Below, piece by piece: positions 1 through 9,847 of a DNA stretch of 64,000 nt (its first letter is position 1; each line of letters starts with the position of its first letter). This stretch comes from an uncultured Gemmatimonadales bacterium (GTDB lineage Bacteria > Gemmatimonadota > Gemmatimonadetes > Gemmatimonadales > GWC2-71-9). The position numbers and the translations under genes were made by a program. The notes beneath the pieces are model-generated. The model saw only the letters and a list, made by a program, of their open reading frames with translations, ran no database searches and had not been told where the DNA came from. Location: contig CAWJMT010000004.1 of NCBI GenBank assembly GCA_963844035.1, positions 320,001 to 384,000 of the forward strand. Reading direction: 5' to 3'.

Positions 1-705
1 CACCAGCCGGTGCACCACGCGGAGCCGGGTCGCCGAGCCGACGGAGTCGTCAATCGCGGCCATCCGCTCGGTGAGCACTGGATCGGCGCGGGACGTCGCG
101 TCGCCGATCGCCATGTACATCCCGCCGAGGGGATTGGGCAGGCGCGGCAGATCGGGACTGAGCCACACGTCGCGCGTCTCCCGCATCTGGATGCGCTTCT
201 TGATGAGGAGCACCTTGAGGGTCACGCGAAAGCTCCGGCTGATGCGCACCTGCTCCGTCCGGAATCCCCCGATCGAATCGCCCGTGGGCACGCGCTCGAA
301 CCCCGCCTGCACGTTGTCGAGTTTCACCTTGAAGGCACCGCGATTCATGGCGCCGGCGATCGCGTCGCCCATCGAGTCGAGGGGCACGACTGAATATTGC
401 CGCTTCTCGGGATTCACGATGTAGAGGGTATGCCCGCCATCGTAGGTCAGGAAGAACGTCCCGGGCTTGAAGTCGTCCACGCCTTCGACGACATCGGCCC
501 GCGCCGAGTCGCCCCGTACGATGGTGCGCGCCACAATGGTCGGTTGGGCCGTGACTTTGCCCTTGGAATCGGTGGTCACGACCGACACGCGGCAGATGTA
601 GGCCATTTCTCTGACAGGAATCTGACCCGCTGCGGGGCCCGGCGTGGCGGTGACAGCCGCGGCGGCGGTCGCCGCGGCGCACCAACGGGAGAGGTGTCCG
701 CTCAT
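1..705 (-). CDS. Secreted hypothetical protein (DUF4412-like), 3' end outside window
   Basis: Read manually, not in the ORF track: ATG at 705, MSGHLSRWCAAATAAAAVTATPGPAAGQIPVREMAY...LYIVNPEKRQYSVV...DVWLSPDL, open to base 1. Ala-rich signal-like N-terminus. Confidence 0.55.
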   Translation of the reverse strand, partial: MSGHLSRWCAAATAAAAVTATPGPAAGQIPVREMAYICRVSVVTTDSKGKVTAQPTIVARTIVRGDSARADVVEGVDDFKPGTFFLTYDGGHTLYIVNPEKRQYSVVPLDSMGDAIAGAMNRGAFKVKLDNVQAGFERVPTGDSIGGFRTEQVRISRSFRVTLKVLLIKKRIQMRETRDVWLSPDLPRLPNPLGGMYMAIGDATSRADPVLTERMAAIDDSVGSATRLRVVHRLV

Positions 706-836
706 GGTTCGCTCCGTGTGGGTAGTGGTCTGCACGGATCGAAACAAGCAATTCCAATGAGGGCCGTGGGGCGCGCTGACGTAAACGGGGTGGCGGCGGG
801 GTGAAACGGACGGAGGCGGGGGTGAATCGGGGCGGG

Positions 837-1881
837 TCAGCCCCCGAAATACCCCTTCGCCACCAGCAGCTCCGCGTTCAGGATCGCCGCGCCCGCCGCG
901 CCGCGGACGGTGTTGTGGCTCAGCGCCACGAAACGGTACCCGAGGACCTGGTCGGGGAAGATCCGCCCGACCGTGACGCTCATCCCGCCGCCGGCATCGC
1001 GGTCGAGCCGTGGCTGGGGCCGGTCCGGCTCGTCGCGCACGATGATCGGCCGCTCGGGAGCGGTGTGGAGCTTGAGCGCTTGCGGCACCCCGCTGAACTC
1101 TGCGAGCGCCGCGCGCACCCCGGCAACATCGGTCTTACGCCCGAGCTTCACTCTGATCGCGGCGATGTGCCCGTCCTGGACGTTCACGCGGTGGACCTGC
1201 GCACTCACGGGAAACGGCGCCGAGGCAATGGTGCCGTCTCGGACGGTCCCGAGAATCTTCTGTGTTTCGCGCTCGATTTTTTCCTCTTCGCTACCGATAT
1301 AGGGCACCACATTGTCGGTAATGTCCATCGCGGACACGCCGGGGTATCCCGCCCCGGAGATGGCCTGGAGCGTGGTCACCACGCAGGCTTCGACGCCGAA
1401 CTTCTGGTGCAGCGGCGCAAGCGCGAGCGCAATCCCGATCGCCGAGCAATTGGGATTCGTGACGATGAAGCCTTTTCCCTTGCGACCGTTCAAGATGCCC
1501 TAAGTGGTCGGGGTTCACCTCGGGGACCAGCAGCGGCACGCCTGCGTCCATGCGATACGACGAGGTGTTGCTGATCACCGGGTAGCCGGCCTCGGCGAAA
1601 CACCCTTCCATTTCCCGTCCGACCTCCGACGGCACGCTCGAGAAGATCACATCGCAGTCGAGCGGCGGCCGCGGCGGATGTACGGGCAGCGCGCGCGCGC
1701 TCTTGGGCATGTCCCCCGGGAGGCGCCACACACACGCTTCGGCGTAGGTCTTCCCCACCGACCGATCGGAGGCGGCGAGCGCCGTGACCACGAACTGCGG
1801 ATGCCCCTCGAGCATCTGCACGAAGCGCTGGCCCACGGTTCCTGTGGCCCCAAGGATGCCGACCCGAATCTTCTTGGTCAT
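837..1881 (-). CDS. asd: Aspartate-semialdehyde dehydrogenase (archaeal/eukaryote-like subtype), frameshift near 1495
   Basis: VGILGATGTVGQRF in ORF 1291..1881. TNPNCS catalytic Cys and SHNTVRGAAGAAILNAE in ORF 837..1493. Confidence 0.93.
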
Positions 1882-3038
1882 ACCGACAACTCCTGACGCG
1901 GTCTGAGACGGGCGAGTGCCTCCCCCATACGGCGCACGCCTTCCGTGAGGGTGCCTTCGTCGGCACAGAACGACACACGGAGATACTTCTCGGCTTCCGA
2001 CCCGAACGAGCTTCCCGGCACCGTGATGACGCCATGCTCGAGCAACGTTTCGGCGACGCGTGCCGATGACCCGTACGCCGCCACATCGGTCATCGTGTAG
2101 AACGCGCCCTCGGGCGGCACGGCCCGCAGCTGCAGTGTACCCGCCATCAGCCCGAGGATGTGATCGCGGCGCGCGCGAAAGGTCGCGCGGAACTCAGCCC
2201 GCGCCGCGTCCGCTTCCGGCGTCCACGCTGCGAGGGCGGCCTTCTGCGAGATGGTGGACGCGCACGTCGTCACGTAGCCGTGCAGCACCAGCGCGCTCCG
2301 CACCACATCCGCCGGCGCGCAGAGCCACCCCAGCCGCCACCCCGTCATGCTCAGTGCTTTGGAGAGGCCGCCAACGATCACGGTCTGCGGATGGTACTCC
2401 GAGATCGATGCGGGCCGCGCGGCGCCGAAATACAGATCGCGGTAGATCTCGTCGCTGATCACGGTCGCGGCCGTCCCTTCGAGCGCCTGAGCCATCGCCC
2501 GCAGGTCCGCAGGCGACAGCACCCGGCCGGTCGGGTTGGACGGGCTGATGCAGACGACCACCTTGGTGCGCGGCGAAATCTGCCGCCGGAAGTCGTCGAT
2601 ATCGAACCCGAAGTCGCGCGCCGCCGGCAGGCGATAGGGCACAGCGCGCCCACCCGCCATCCGCACGATCGCCGGGTACGCGAGAAACCCGGGATCGGGG
2701 ACCAGCACCTCGTCCCCGTCATCCACCAGGGTCGTGAGCGCGAGGTACAGCGCCTCCTGCGACCCCGCCGTGATGATCACCCGCTCCGCGCCGGCGCGAG
2801 TGTGCGGGTATCCCGCCGCCACCAGCTCGCGCAGGACGGGAAGTCCCGCATGCGTGGTGTAGCCGTTCTGCTCTTCGAGGATGGCGCGCACCGCGGCCTG
2901 GCGCACGACATCGGGCGTCGGCAGGTCCGGCTCCCCCAGGCCGAGGTTGATGCTCCCCGCCGGAGCGCGGTCGAAGAACTGGCGGATCGCGCTCTTCTCG
3001 ATGCCGGCGAGCCGGCGCGCCGGCCTGAACTCACTCAT
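1878..3038 (-). CDS. PLP-dependent class I/II aminotransferase (probable N-succinyl-DAP aminotransferase by context)
   Basis: Start [10 protein letters not shown] overlaps the dapD stop. [21 protein letters not shown] and [12 protein letters not shown] motifs. Confidence 0.85.
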   Translation of the reverse strand: MSEFRPARRLAGIEKSAIRQFFDRAPAGSINLGLGEPDLPTPDVVRQAAVRAILEEQNGYTTHAGLPVLRELVAAGYPHTRAGAERVIITAGSQEALYLALTTLVDDGDEVLVPDPGFLAYPAIVRMAGGRAVPYRLPAARDFGFDIDDFRRQISPRTKVVVCISPSNPTGRVLSPADLRAMAQALEGTAATVISDEIYRDLYFGAARPASISEYHPQTVIVGGLSKALSMTGWRLGWLCAPADVVRSALVLHGYVTTCASTISQKAALAAWTPEADAARAEFRATFRARRDHILGLMAGTLQLRAVPPEGAFYTMTDVAAYGSSARVAETLLEHGVITVPGSSFGSEAEKYLRVSFCADEGTLTEGVRRMGEALARLRPRQELSV

Positions 3039-3868
3039 CGCAACGCATCCTCGAGCGACGTCGCGGCATCGGTCTGGGCGTCGCGGTACTTGACGATCAC
3101 GGGCGTGTAGAGCGACAAGTGCTGGGCGGCGGCGAACGTGCCGCTCACTGCCCGCGCACCCGGCACCACCACCGCACACGCCGGGATCTCGAGCACCCCG
3201 CCCTTCGGCCGGCGGTACACGCGTTCGTGTACCAGATCGTAGACCGGTGTGGAGCCGGTGAGGATCGTACCGGCAGCGAGCACCGCCCGCTCGCGCACGA
3301 TAGTCCCTTCGTACACGCCGCAGCCCCCGCCTACCAGCACGTCGTCCTCGATGATCACGGGCAGCGCCCCCACCGGCTCGAGCACGCCGCCGATCTGTGC
3401 AGCGGCCGACAGATGCACCCGCTTGCCGATCTGCGCGCACGAGCCGACCAGCGCGTGACTGTCGATCAACGTCCCTTCATCGACGTACGCGCCCACGTTG
3501 ACGTACATCGGCGGCATGCAGACCACGCCGGGCGCGACGTACGCGCCGTCGCGGATCGTGGAGCCGCCCGGCACGATGCGCACCCGATCGGCGAGCGTGG
3601 TCGAGCGTACCGGATACGTGTCCTTGTCGAAGAAGCGGAACGTGTCGTCGACCGACAGATCGGCGAGCGCGCCCATCTTGAAACCGAGCAGGATTCCCTG
3701 CTTGACCCATGTCTGGGCGCGCCACGTGCCGTCGGGCTCCCGGACGGCGGCGCGAACCGCTCCGCTCGACAACTGCTCGCGAAACGCCACGAACGTCGCG
3801 CGCTCGGCCGGCCCGAACATGGGACGGCCCGCCGCGGCGAGCGCTTCGATCTCCTCACGCAGCGACAT
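3035..3868 (-). CDS. dapD: Tetrahydrodipicolinate N-succinyltransferase
   Basis: [49 protein letters not shown] hexapeptide repeats. Confidence 0.95.
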   Translation of the reverse strand: MSLREEIEALAAAGRPMFGPAERATFVAFREQLSSGAVRAAVREPDGTWRAQTWVKQGILLGFKMGALADLSVDDTFRFFDKDTYPVRSTTLADRVRIVPGGSTIRDGAYVAPGVVCMPPMYVNVGAYVDEGTLIDSHALVGSCAQIGKRVHLSAAAQIGGVLEPVGALPVIIEDDVLVGGGCGVYEGTIVRERAVLAAGTILTGSTPVYDLVHERVYRRPKGGVLEIPACAVVVPGARAVSGTFAAAQHLSLYTPVIVKYRDAQTDAATSLEDALR

Positions 3869-4772
3869 GACGCTGCAGCGCTCCCAGCTCTTGCAGCACG
3901 TCCCGCAGGCGCGCCTTCGTCTTTTCCTGCACCGGCACGAGCGGGAGACGGAACGTCTCTTCGAGCAGTCCCATCAAGGCCATCGCCGCCTTCACCGGCC
4001 CCGGGCTGGACTCCATGAAGTTCGCCTCCATGAGCGGCAGCAGGCGGTAGTGCAGCTCGCGCGCCGCGGGCCAATTCCCCTGCAGCGCGAGGTCTGTCAT
4101 CCGGACCATCAGGTCGGGGACCTCGTTGGAGACGACCGCGACGATCCCATCGGCACCGAGCGCGATCAGGGGCAAGGTCTGCGCGTCGTCACCCGAGAGA
4201 ACACGGAAGTCCTTGGGCCGGTCCCGCAGGATCGCCATGATCTGGGTGAAGTCTCCGGACGCTTCCTTCACCGCGACGATGTTGTCCACGTCCCGGGCGA
4301 GGCCCAGCACCGTGGGCGCCTGAATGTTCGAGGCGGTACGCCCCGGGACGTTGTAGAGCACGACCGGCAGCCCGGGGACCGCCTTCGCGACCGCCGTGAA
4401 ATGCGCCGTGAGTCCCGCCTGGGTCGGCTTGTTGTAGTAGGGCGCGACGACCAGCACGGCATCGGCGCCCACCGCGCGTGCCGCCTGCGCGCGCTCGACC
4501 GTCGCAGCGGTCGCGTTGCTCCCCACCCCGGCGAGCACGCGCGCGCGACCGCGCACGGTCTCCACGGTCAAGCGCACGACCCCGATCTGCTCTTCGGGCG
4601 TCAGCGTCATCGCCTCGCCGGTCGTGCCGCAGGGCACGAGCACCTTCACGCCGCCCGCGATCTGTCGTTCGAGCAGCGCCCGCATCCGAGCCTCGTCCAC
4701 GCGCCCATCGCCCGCAAACGGCGTCACGAGCGCGGTCGCGCAGCCCCGCAGCCAATCAACGCGTATCGTCAT
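3855..4772 (-). CDS. dapA: 4-hydroxy-tetrahydrodipicolinate synthase
   Basis: [24 protein letters not shown] motifs. Confidence 0.96.
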   Translation of the reverse strand: MTIRVDWLRGCATALVTPFAGDGRVDEARMRALLERQIAGGVKVLVPCGTTGEAMTLTPEEQIGVVRLTVETVRGRARVLAGVGSNATAATVERAQAARAVGADAVLVVAPYYNKPTQAGLTAHFTAVAKAVPGLPVVLYNVPGRTASNIQAPTVLGLARDVDNIVAVKEASGDFTQIMAILRDRPKDFRVLSGDDAQTLPLIALGADGIVAVVSNEVPDLMVRMTDLALQGNWPAARELHYRLLPLMEANFMESSPGPVKAAMALMGLLEETFRLPLVPVQEKTKARLRDVLQELGALQRHVAA

Positions 4773-5485
4773 GCTCCCGCCTTTCGTTCCGCTTCGAGAA
4801 TCTCGTCGAGCACATCCTCGAAGGCGTAAACGCCACGCCGGCCCACAATCCAGCGCGCCGCCGCGAGCGCGCCGGCCGCGAACCCCTCCCGGGACCGGGC
4901 GGTGTGGATGAGCGTCAGCTGGTCCGCGGCCGAGTCGAACCCGACCCGGTGCACGCCCGGGATGTGCCCGGCGCGCGTGCTGGCGATCGGGACGTCGCGC
5001 CCCAACCGGCGAGCCAGCACCGAATGAAGATGGAGCGCCGTTCCCGACGGCGCATCTTTCTTGTTCGCGTGGTGCGCCTCTTCGATGAACGCCTCGTAGG
5101 ACATGACGCCGCGGAACAACTCGGCGGCGCGTTCCACGAGCCGGTAGAAGACGTGCACCCCGATCGAGAAGTTCGCCCCGACCACCATCGCCCCGCCCCC
5201 CTGTTCGACGAGGCGCCGGGCTTCTGCTTCCTTCGCCTGCCAGCCGGTCGTCCCCTCGACGAGCGGCACCCCCGCCGCGACGCAGGCAGCCACATGCGGC
5301 AACACCGCTTCGGGTGCGGAGAAATCGATGGCGGCGTCGTGACCTCGTAGGACTGCAGCAAGCTTGTCGGGCGCGAGGCTCGCGTCGTTGATGTTCAGGA
5401 CCACGCCGACCGTGTGCCCCGACGCGCGCGCGGCCGCCATCACGACGCTGCCCATCCGGCCGTCGCCCAGGAATGCAAGCTTCAT
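4769..5485 (-). CDS. dapB: 4-hydroxy-tetrahydrodipicolinate reductase
   Basis: MKLAFLGDGRMG, IDFS, GTTGW, NFSIG, EAHHANKKDAPSGTA. Confidence 0.94.
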   Translation of the reverse strand: MKLAFLGDGRMGSVVMAAARASGHTVGVVLNINDASLAPDKLAAVLRGHDAAIDFSAPEAVLPHVAACVAAGVPLVEGTTGWQAKEAEARRLVEQGGGAMVVGANFSIGVHVFYRLVERAAELFRGVMSYEAFIEEAHHANKKDAPSGTALHLHSVLARRLGRDVPIASTRAGHIPGVHRVGFDSAADQLTLIHTARSREGFAAGALAAARWIVGRRGVYAFEDVLDEILEAERKAGA

Positions 5486-7902
5486 GACCGTCCTCCGCCG
5501 ACCGTAGCGGGCGTTTCGAGCAGGCGCCGCGCGAGCTGGACGTATAGGTCCACCCCGCGCTCCAGCTCGGATTTCGCGATCCGCTCCCGCGGCATGTGAG
5601 CGTCGTGGATCGAGCCCGGGCCGAACAGCAGCGGCTTGCCCCAGTTCGACAGGTGGGGGACGTCGGTGGTGAATCCGACGACGCACTGTTCGAACCCCGG
5701 GACCGCGGTGAGGCGGATCGGCGGCGTGTGGCTCAGATACTCGACGCTCGCCCGTCCCGCCACCGCACGCTCGAGCAGCTCGCGCACCGGAGCCGGGTCG
5801 CCGATCAGCCGGATGTGCAGGTCGGCACGGGCGTCCGGGGCGATCACGTTCGACCCCGCGCCGCCGGCCAGGACGCCGATGTTACACGTCGTCTCACCGA
5901 AATAGCTGTCCTTGGGCCAGGCGATCGCGCGTACATCCGCGAGCACGTCGAGCAGCGTGTGGATCGCCGAGCGACCCCGCTCGGGATACGCCGAATGGCC
6001 GCCCGTCCCCTCGGTCCGCAGCACCACGCGAATCGAGCCCTTGCTGCCCACGGCAAGCTTGTTCTCCGTCGGCTCGCCCACGACCATCCAGCGACAGTCC
6101 CGCGCGGCCGGATGTTTGTTCGCCGCCCGCGCCCCCAGGGCGCCTTTCTCCTCGTCCACAACGTACAGCAGCCCAATGTCGCGCACGCCTTCAGCCCGCA
6201 GCCGCTCGGCGGCTGCAACCTGGGCCGCGATGATGCCCTTTGTGTCGCACGCACCCCGTCCATAGAGAAACTCGTCATCCTCTGAGGACGGGAAGAAGGG
6301 CGGAACGGTGTCGAGGTGCGTGCAGAATACCAGACGTGCGGGGACATCGGTCGTAGCAAACAGACCCGGGCGCCCCGGCACATCTTCCAGCAGCTCGACG
6401 CGGTACCCCAGCTCCATCAGATAGGACCGCAGTGCGCGGGCGACCGCGTCTTCGTCACCCGTGACCGATGGGATATCGATCAGGTGCCGCGCCAGCTCCA
6501 GCGGCTCGACTGGCTCACCGCGCCGCGGGGCGCGCAGCGATGCCGGATCCGGCGCCACCCGATCGAGCAGCGCGGCGTGCAGCCGCGCTACAGTCTCGCG
6601 CGCCTGCTCCTCTTCCACCACGAATGTGAGGTTCACCCGCGAGGCCCCCTGCGAGATGAGCGACACGTTGATGTCGCGGATCGTCTCGAATACACGGGCC
6701 GCGATCCCCGGCGTCGTGCGCAGCCCCTCGCCCACCACACAAATGATGGCGCGGCCCGGCTCTACGCGCACGTCGCCCATCGCCTTCAGCTCCTCCACCA
6801 CCGCGGGCAGCTGCTCGGCGCCATCCTCCACGGTGAGTGAGAGACTCACCTCGGAGGTCGTGACCACGTCCACCGGCATCTTGTGGCGGTCGAACACCTC
6901 GAACAGCGTGCGCAGGAAGCCGTACGCACCGAGCATCCGCTCCGAGGTGATCTGCAGCACCGTGATCCCCCCCTTGTGAGCGATCGATTTCACCGCTCCG
7001 GGCCAGAACGCCGCTTCGGTCGCGACCAGGGTGCCCGGATCATCGGGCGCGCGCGAGTTCACGATGCGCACGGGGATCTTGCGGGCGAGGGCCGGCCGGA
7101 TGGTTTTCGGGTGCAGCACCTTCGCCCCGAAATAGGCGAGCTCGGACGCCTCGGCGTAGGATAGGCTGGGAATGGTGCGGGCCCCGGGCACGATGCGTGG
7201 GTCGGCCGTCAGGACGCCCGATACGTCGGTCCAGATCTGGATTTCAGCCGCGTTCAGCGCCGCGCCGACCAGCGCCGCCGTATAGTCGGAGCCGCCGCGC
7301 CCCAACGTGGTGGTCACGCCACTGGTGGTGGCGGCTACATACCCTCCCAGCACCGGGATACGTCCGGCCGCGAGCAGCGGCTCGAGCTCGGCGCGGCAGC
7401 GTCGCTCCGTCTCTCCGCCGTCGGGCGTGGCGCGGCCGTAGGCGTCGTCAGTGACGATGCAGCGACGGGCGTCCACTCCCGTGGCCGGGAGCCCGGCGGC
7501 GGCCAGGCCCTCGGCCAGCAGCGTCGAGGAGAGGCGCTCCCCGTACGACAGGATCTCGTCGCGGAGCCGGGGGAGCTGCGCCGGGTCCCGCTCCGCGGCT
7601 TCGAGCAGGCGGGCGATATCGTCTCGCGCATGGGCAAGATCTTCGTTGAACCGTGCCGCGGCCGCGGCGCCGAGCAGCCGGCGGGCGATCTCGCGGTGCC
7701 GCTCGAAGTGCGGCTCGAGACCCTGCACCGTTCCAGCGTCCACGCTCGCGACCAGCGCATCCGTCATGCGAGCGAGCGCCGACACCACCACCACCGGGTG
7801 CGCTGCCACGCGGGCGCGCAGGATCTCCGTCACGCGCGCGAATGCAGCCACGTCCTCGACGGATGTGCCGCCGAACTTGAGGACGGTACACGAATCCCCC
7901 AT
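5482..7902 (-). CDS. lysC: Aspartokinase (AK + 2 ACT domains) fused to a C-terminal M20 metallo-deacylase (DapE/ArgE-like)
   Basis: VLKFGGTSV, TLGRGGSDYTA, ELAYFGAKVLHP and ACT domains, then HLDTVP, GRGACDTKG, VDEE, GEPT and GSIHDAH M20 motifs, all in one 807-aa ORF. Confidence 0.9.
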   Translation of the reverse strand: MGDSCTVLKFGGTSVEDVAAFARVTEILRARVAAHPVVVVSALARMTDALVASVDAGTVQGLEPHFERHREIARRLLGAAAAARFNEDLAHARDDIARLLEAAERDPAQLPRLRDEILSYGERLSSTLLAEGLAAAGLPATGVDARRCIVTDDAYGRATPDGGETERRCRAELEPLLAAGRIPVLGGYVAATTSGVTTTLGRGGSDYTAALVGAALNAAEIQIWTDVSGVLTADPRIVPGARTIPSLSYAEASELAYFGAKVLHPKTIRPALARKIPVRIVNSRAPDDPGTLVATEAAFWPGAVKSIAHKGGITVLQITSERMLGAYGFLRTLFEVFDRHKMPVDVVTTSEVSLSLTVEDGAEQLPAVVEELKAMGDVRVEPGRAIICVVGEGLRTTPGIAARVFETIRDINVSLISQGASRVNLTFVVEEEQARETVARLHAALLDRVAPDPASLRAPRRGEPVEPLELARHLIDIPSVTGDEDAVARALRSYLMELGYRVELLEDVPGRPGLFATTDVPARLVFCTHLDTVPPFFPSSEDDEFLYGRGACDTKGIIAAQVAAAERLRAEGVRDIGLLYVVDEEKGALGARAANKHPAARDCRWMVVGEPTENKLAVGSKGSIRVVLRTEGTGGHSAYPERGRSAIHTLLDVLADVRAIAWPKDSYFGETTCNIGVLAGGAGSNVIAPDARADLHIRLIGDPAPVRELLERAVAGRASVEYLSHTPPIRLTAVPGFEQCVVGFTTDVPHLSNWGKPLLFGPGSIHDAHMPRERIAKSELERGVDLYVQLARRLLETPATVGGGRS

Positions 7903-7997
7903 CACCTAGGACCTCACTTGACCCGACGAGCGACGGCCGCGAGAGCGTCGGGGTGCTCTGTTGGTGCGACCGCTACAATGATTTCTGGACGAGACGA

Positions 7998-8087
7998 CTA
8001 CAGAAGGGAGCACGCCCGCTTTCGGCGGGCCAGCCGAGCGTCGTCCGCAAAGCGGAACGGATGGGAGGTGCGAGGGTCAAGCGGCAT
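7998..8087 (-). CDS. Putative 29-aa uORF in the DAP operon leader (MPLDPRTSHPFRFADDARLARRKRACSLL)
   Basis: ATG 12 nt downstream of a predicted -10 box and TAG at 8000-7998. No obvious control-codon run. Confidence 0.35.
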   Translation of the reverse strand: MPLDPRTSHPFRFADDARLARRKRACSLL

Positions 8088-8099
8088 AACGTAGGTTGC

Positions 8100-8128
8100 A
8101 CCTTACGAAGCTGCCTGCAGGCTGTCAA
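8100..8128 (-). promoter_or_regulatory. Sigma70-type promoter of the DAP operon
   Basis: TTGACA-17 nt-TAAGGT on the minus strand. Confidence 0.7.
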
Positions 8129-8197
8129 GCGGTCGGACGGGCACGGTAAGCGCGCCCGCTCTCGAAGGTTAGCGCGCGCAGCAGCGCGCCTGCCGTG

Positions 8198-8226
8198 TTG
8201 ACACCCTCAGTGAGACATGGTAGCGT
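8198..8226 (+). promoter_or_regulatory. Sigma70-type promoter of the sulfate-assimilation operon
   Basis: TTGACA (8198-8203)-17 nt-TAGCGT (8221-8226). Confidence 0.7.
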
Positions 8227-8233
8227 ACGAGCC

Positions 8234-8335
8234 ATGCGACTGTGCTGCAACGCAATTGGCTGTTGTTGTCCCTCCCAGGGGAGCGGGCGTGATTGCGGTG
8301 CACAGTCCGGAGGTCATCGGACGCAGGACAGGTAG
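8234..8335 (+). CDS. Cys-rich leader peptide MRLCCNAIGCCCPSQGSGRDCGAQSGGHRTQDR (attenuator uORF)
   Basis: 33 codons with 6 Cys (CC, CCC, C). ATG 7 nt after the -10 box, so probably leaderless. Lies upstream of cysH and is followed by a terminator. Confidence 0.8.
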   Translation: MRLCCNAIGCCCPSQGSGRDCGAQSGGHRTQDR

Positions 8336-8355
8336 CTTCTCGCGAGTGCACGCGA

Positions 8356-8399
8356 ATCGGGCCCGATCCCCTCGAAGGGGAACGGGCCCGATGATTTTT
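8356..8399 (+). terminator. Attenuator terminator upstream of cysH
   Basis: ATCGGGCCCG-ATCCCC-TCGAA-GGGG-AA-CGGGCCCGAT followed by GATTTTT. Confidence 0.8.
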
Positions 8400-8449
8400 G
8401 GGGTGGCCCGAGTGGTAACAAGCAGGCGCACACATACGAGGTGGTCCTA

Positions 8450-9173
8450 GTGAACGAGGGGACGCAGGCAGATGGAGGGTCGGTGCTGTCTCCCGACGCG
8501 GTGCACAAGCACGCGGCGGAGCTGCGCGGCGCCTCGCCGGAAGCGATCCTCCGCTGGACGCTGGCCACCTTCCCGCAGCGCAGCGCGCTGACCGTCAGCT
8601 TCGGCGGGGGCGGCCTGGTCCTCGCCCACTTGCTGAGCCAGATCGACCGTACCGTGCCGGTTCTGTTTCTCGATACGGGGTTTCATTTTCCCGAGACGCT
8701 CACGTTCAAGGACTCGTTTGTCGCGCGGTACGGGCTGAATCTCGTCGAGCTGCACCCCGCCACCGACCCGGGCCCCCTGTACCAGACCGACCCCGACCGC
8801 TGCTGCTCGATTCGCAAGGTCGAGCCGTTGGAGCGCGCGCTGGTCGAAGGAGCGTACCAGAGCTGGATCAGCGCGGTTCGCAGCGACCAGAGTCAGACGC
8901 GCACCGAGATCGACGTGTTGGAGTACCATCGCATCAAGGACCACGCGGTCGTGAAGGTGTACCCGCTCGCGGGGTGGTCCCGCGATCAGGTAAAGGCGCT
9001 ACCTGCGCGAGCATGAGGTGCCGTATCACCCCCTCATGGATCAGGGCTTCACCAGCATCGGCTGCTGGCCGTGCACCCGCGCCACGCGCCCCGGCGAGCC
9101 CGAGCGCGCCGGCCGCTGGAGCGGCCTGGGAAAGACGGAATGCGGCATCCACACGTTCACAGAGAAGGTATGA
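8450..9173 (+). CDS. cysH: APS/PAPS reductase (4Fe-4S APS-reductase type), frameshift near 8995
   Basis: [28 protein letters not shown]; in the second frame SIGCWPCT and [23 protein letters not shown] at 8438. Confidence 0.92.
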
Positions 9174-9847
9174 GCTTCTACCCGGTATTCTTGAATCTCA
9201 ACGGCCGGCGCGTCGTGGTTGTCGGTGGCGGCGCGGTCGCCGAGCAGAAGGTCGTTGGACTGCTGGACGCCGGCGCACGCGTCACGGTCGTGAGCCCCGT
9301 GTTGACCTGGAAGCTCGAAGACCTGGCTTCGACCAGCGCGATCACAGTCCAGCGTCGCTCGTACGAGCGCGGCGACCTGGAGGGCGCATTCATCGCGATC
9401 GCCGCGACCGACGACCGCAGCGCCAACGCGGCCGTATGGGATGAAGCGGAGCAGCGCGGGATTCTCCTCAATGCCGTGGACGATCTGCCCCACTGCAGCT
9501 TCATCGCGCCGGCGGTGCACCGCGAAGGAGACATCGCCGTCGCCATCTCGACCGGGGGGAAAAGCCCCGCGTTCGCGGTGCGGTTGCGTGAGCGGATCGC
9601 CGCCCTGATCGGCCGTGAAGAGGCGGCGTTCCTCGATCTGCTGGGAGAGCTGCGGCCACACGTTGCCGCCCGCGTTCCCGATTTCAAGGTGCGCACCAAG
9701 CTGTGGTACCAGATCGTCGATTCCGACGTCGTCGAATACGTGCGCCGCGGCGACCTGGTCGGTGCGCGCAAGCGGATCGACGACCTCATCGACGAAACGT
9801 CGCCACGTCCCCCCTCGCCGCGGAGCGGAGAGGGGGCCAGGGGGTGA
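9170..9847 (+). CDS. Precorrin-2 dehydrogenase / sirohydrochlorin ferrochelatase (CysG N-terminal module)
   Basis: [32 protein letters not shown]. Confidence 0.92.
   Translation: MSFYPVFLNLNGRRVVVVGGGAVAEQKVVGLLDAGARVTVVSPVLTWKLEDLASTSAITVQRRSYERGDLEGAFIAIAATDDRSANAAVWDEAEQRGILLNAVDDLPHCSFIAPAVHREGDIAVAISTGGKSPAFAVRLRERIAALIGREEAAFLDLLGELRPHVAARVPDFKVRTKLWYQIVDSDVVEYVRRGDLVGARKRIDDLIDETSPRPPSPRSGEGARG

Noticed and set aside
790..836. Two GGCGGGG(G)TGAA direct repeats downstream of asd
   Set aside because: Only two short GC-rich copies with no array or spacer structure.
7915..8095. Lysine riboswitch upstream of lysC
   Set aside because: The conserved AGAGG..GC 5' core and multi-helix consensus were not recognisable.
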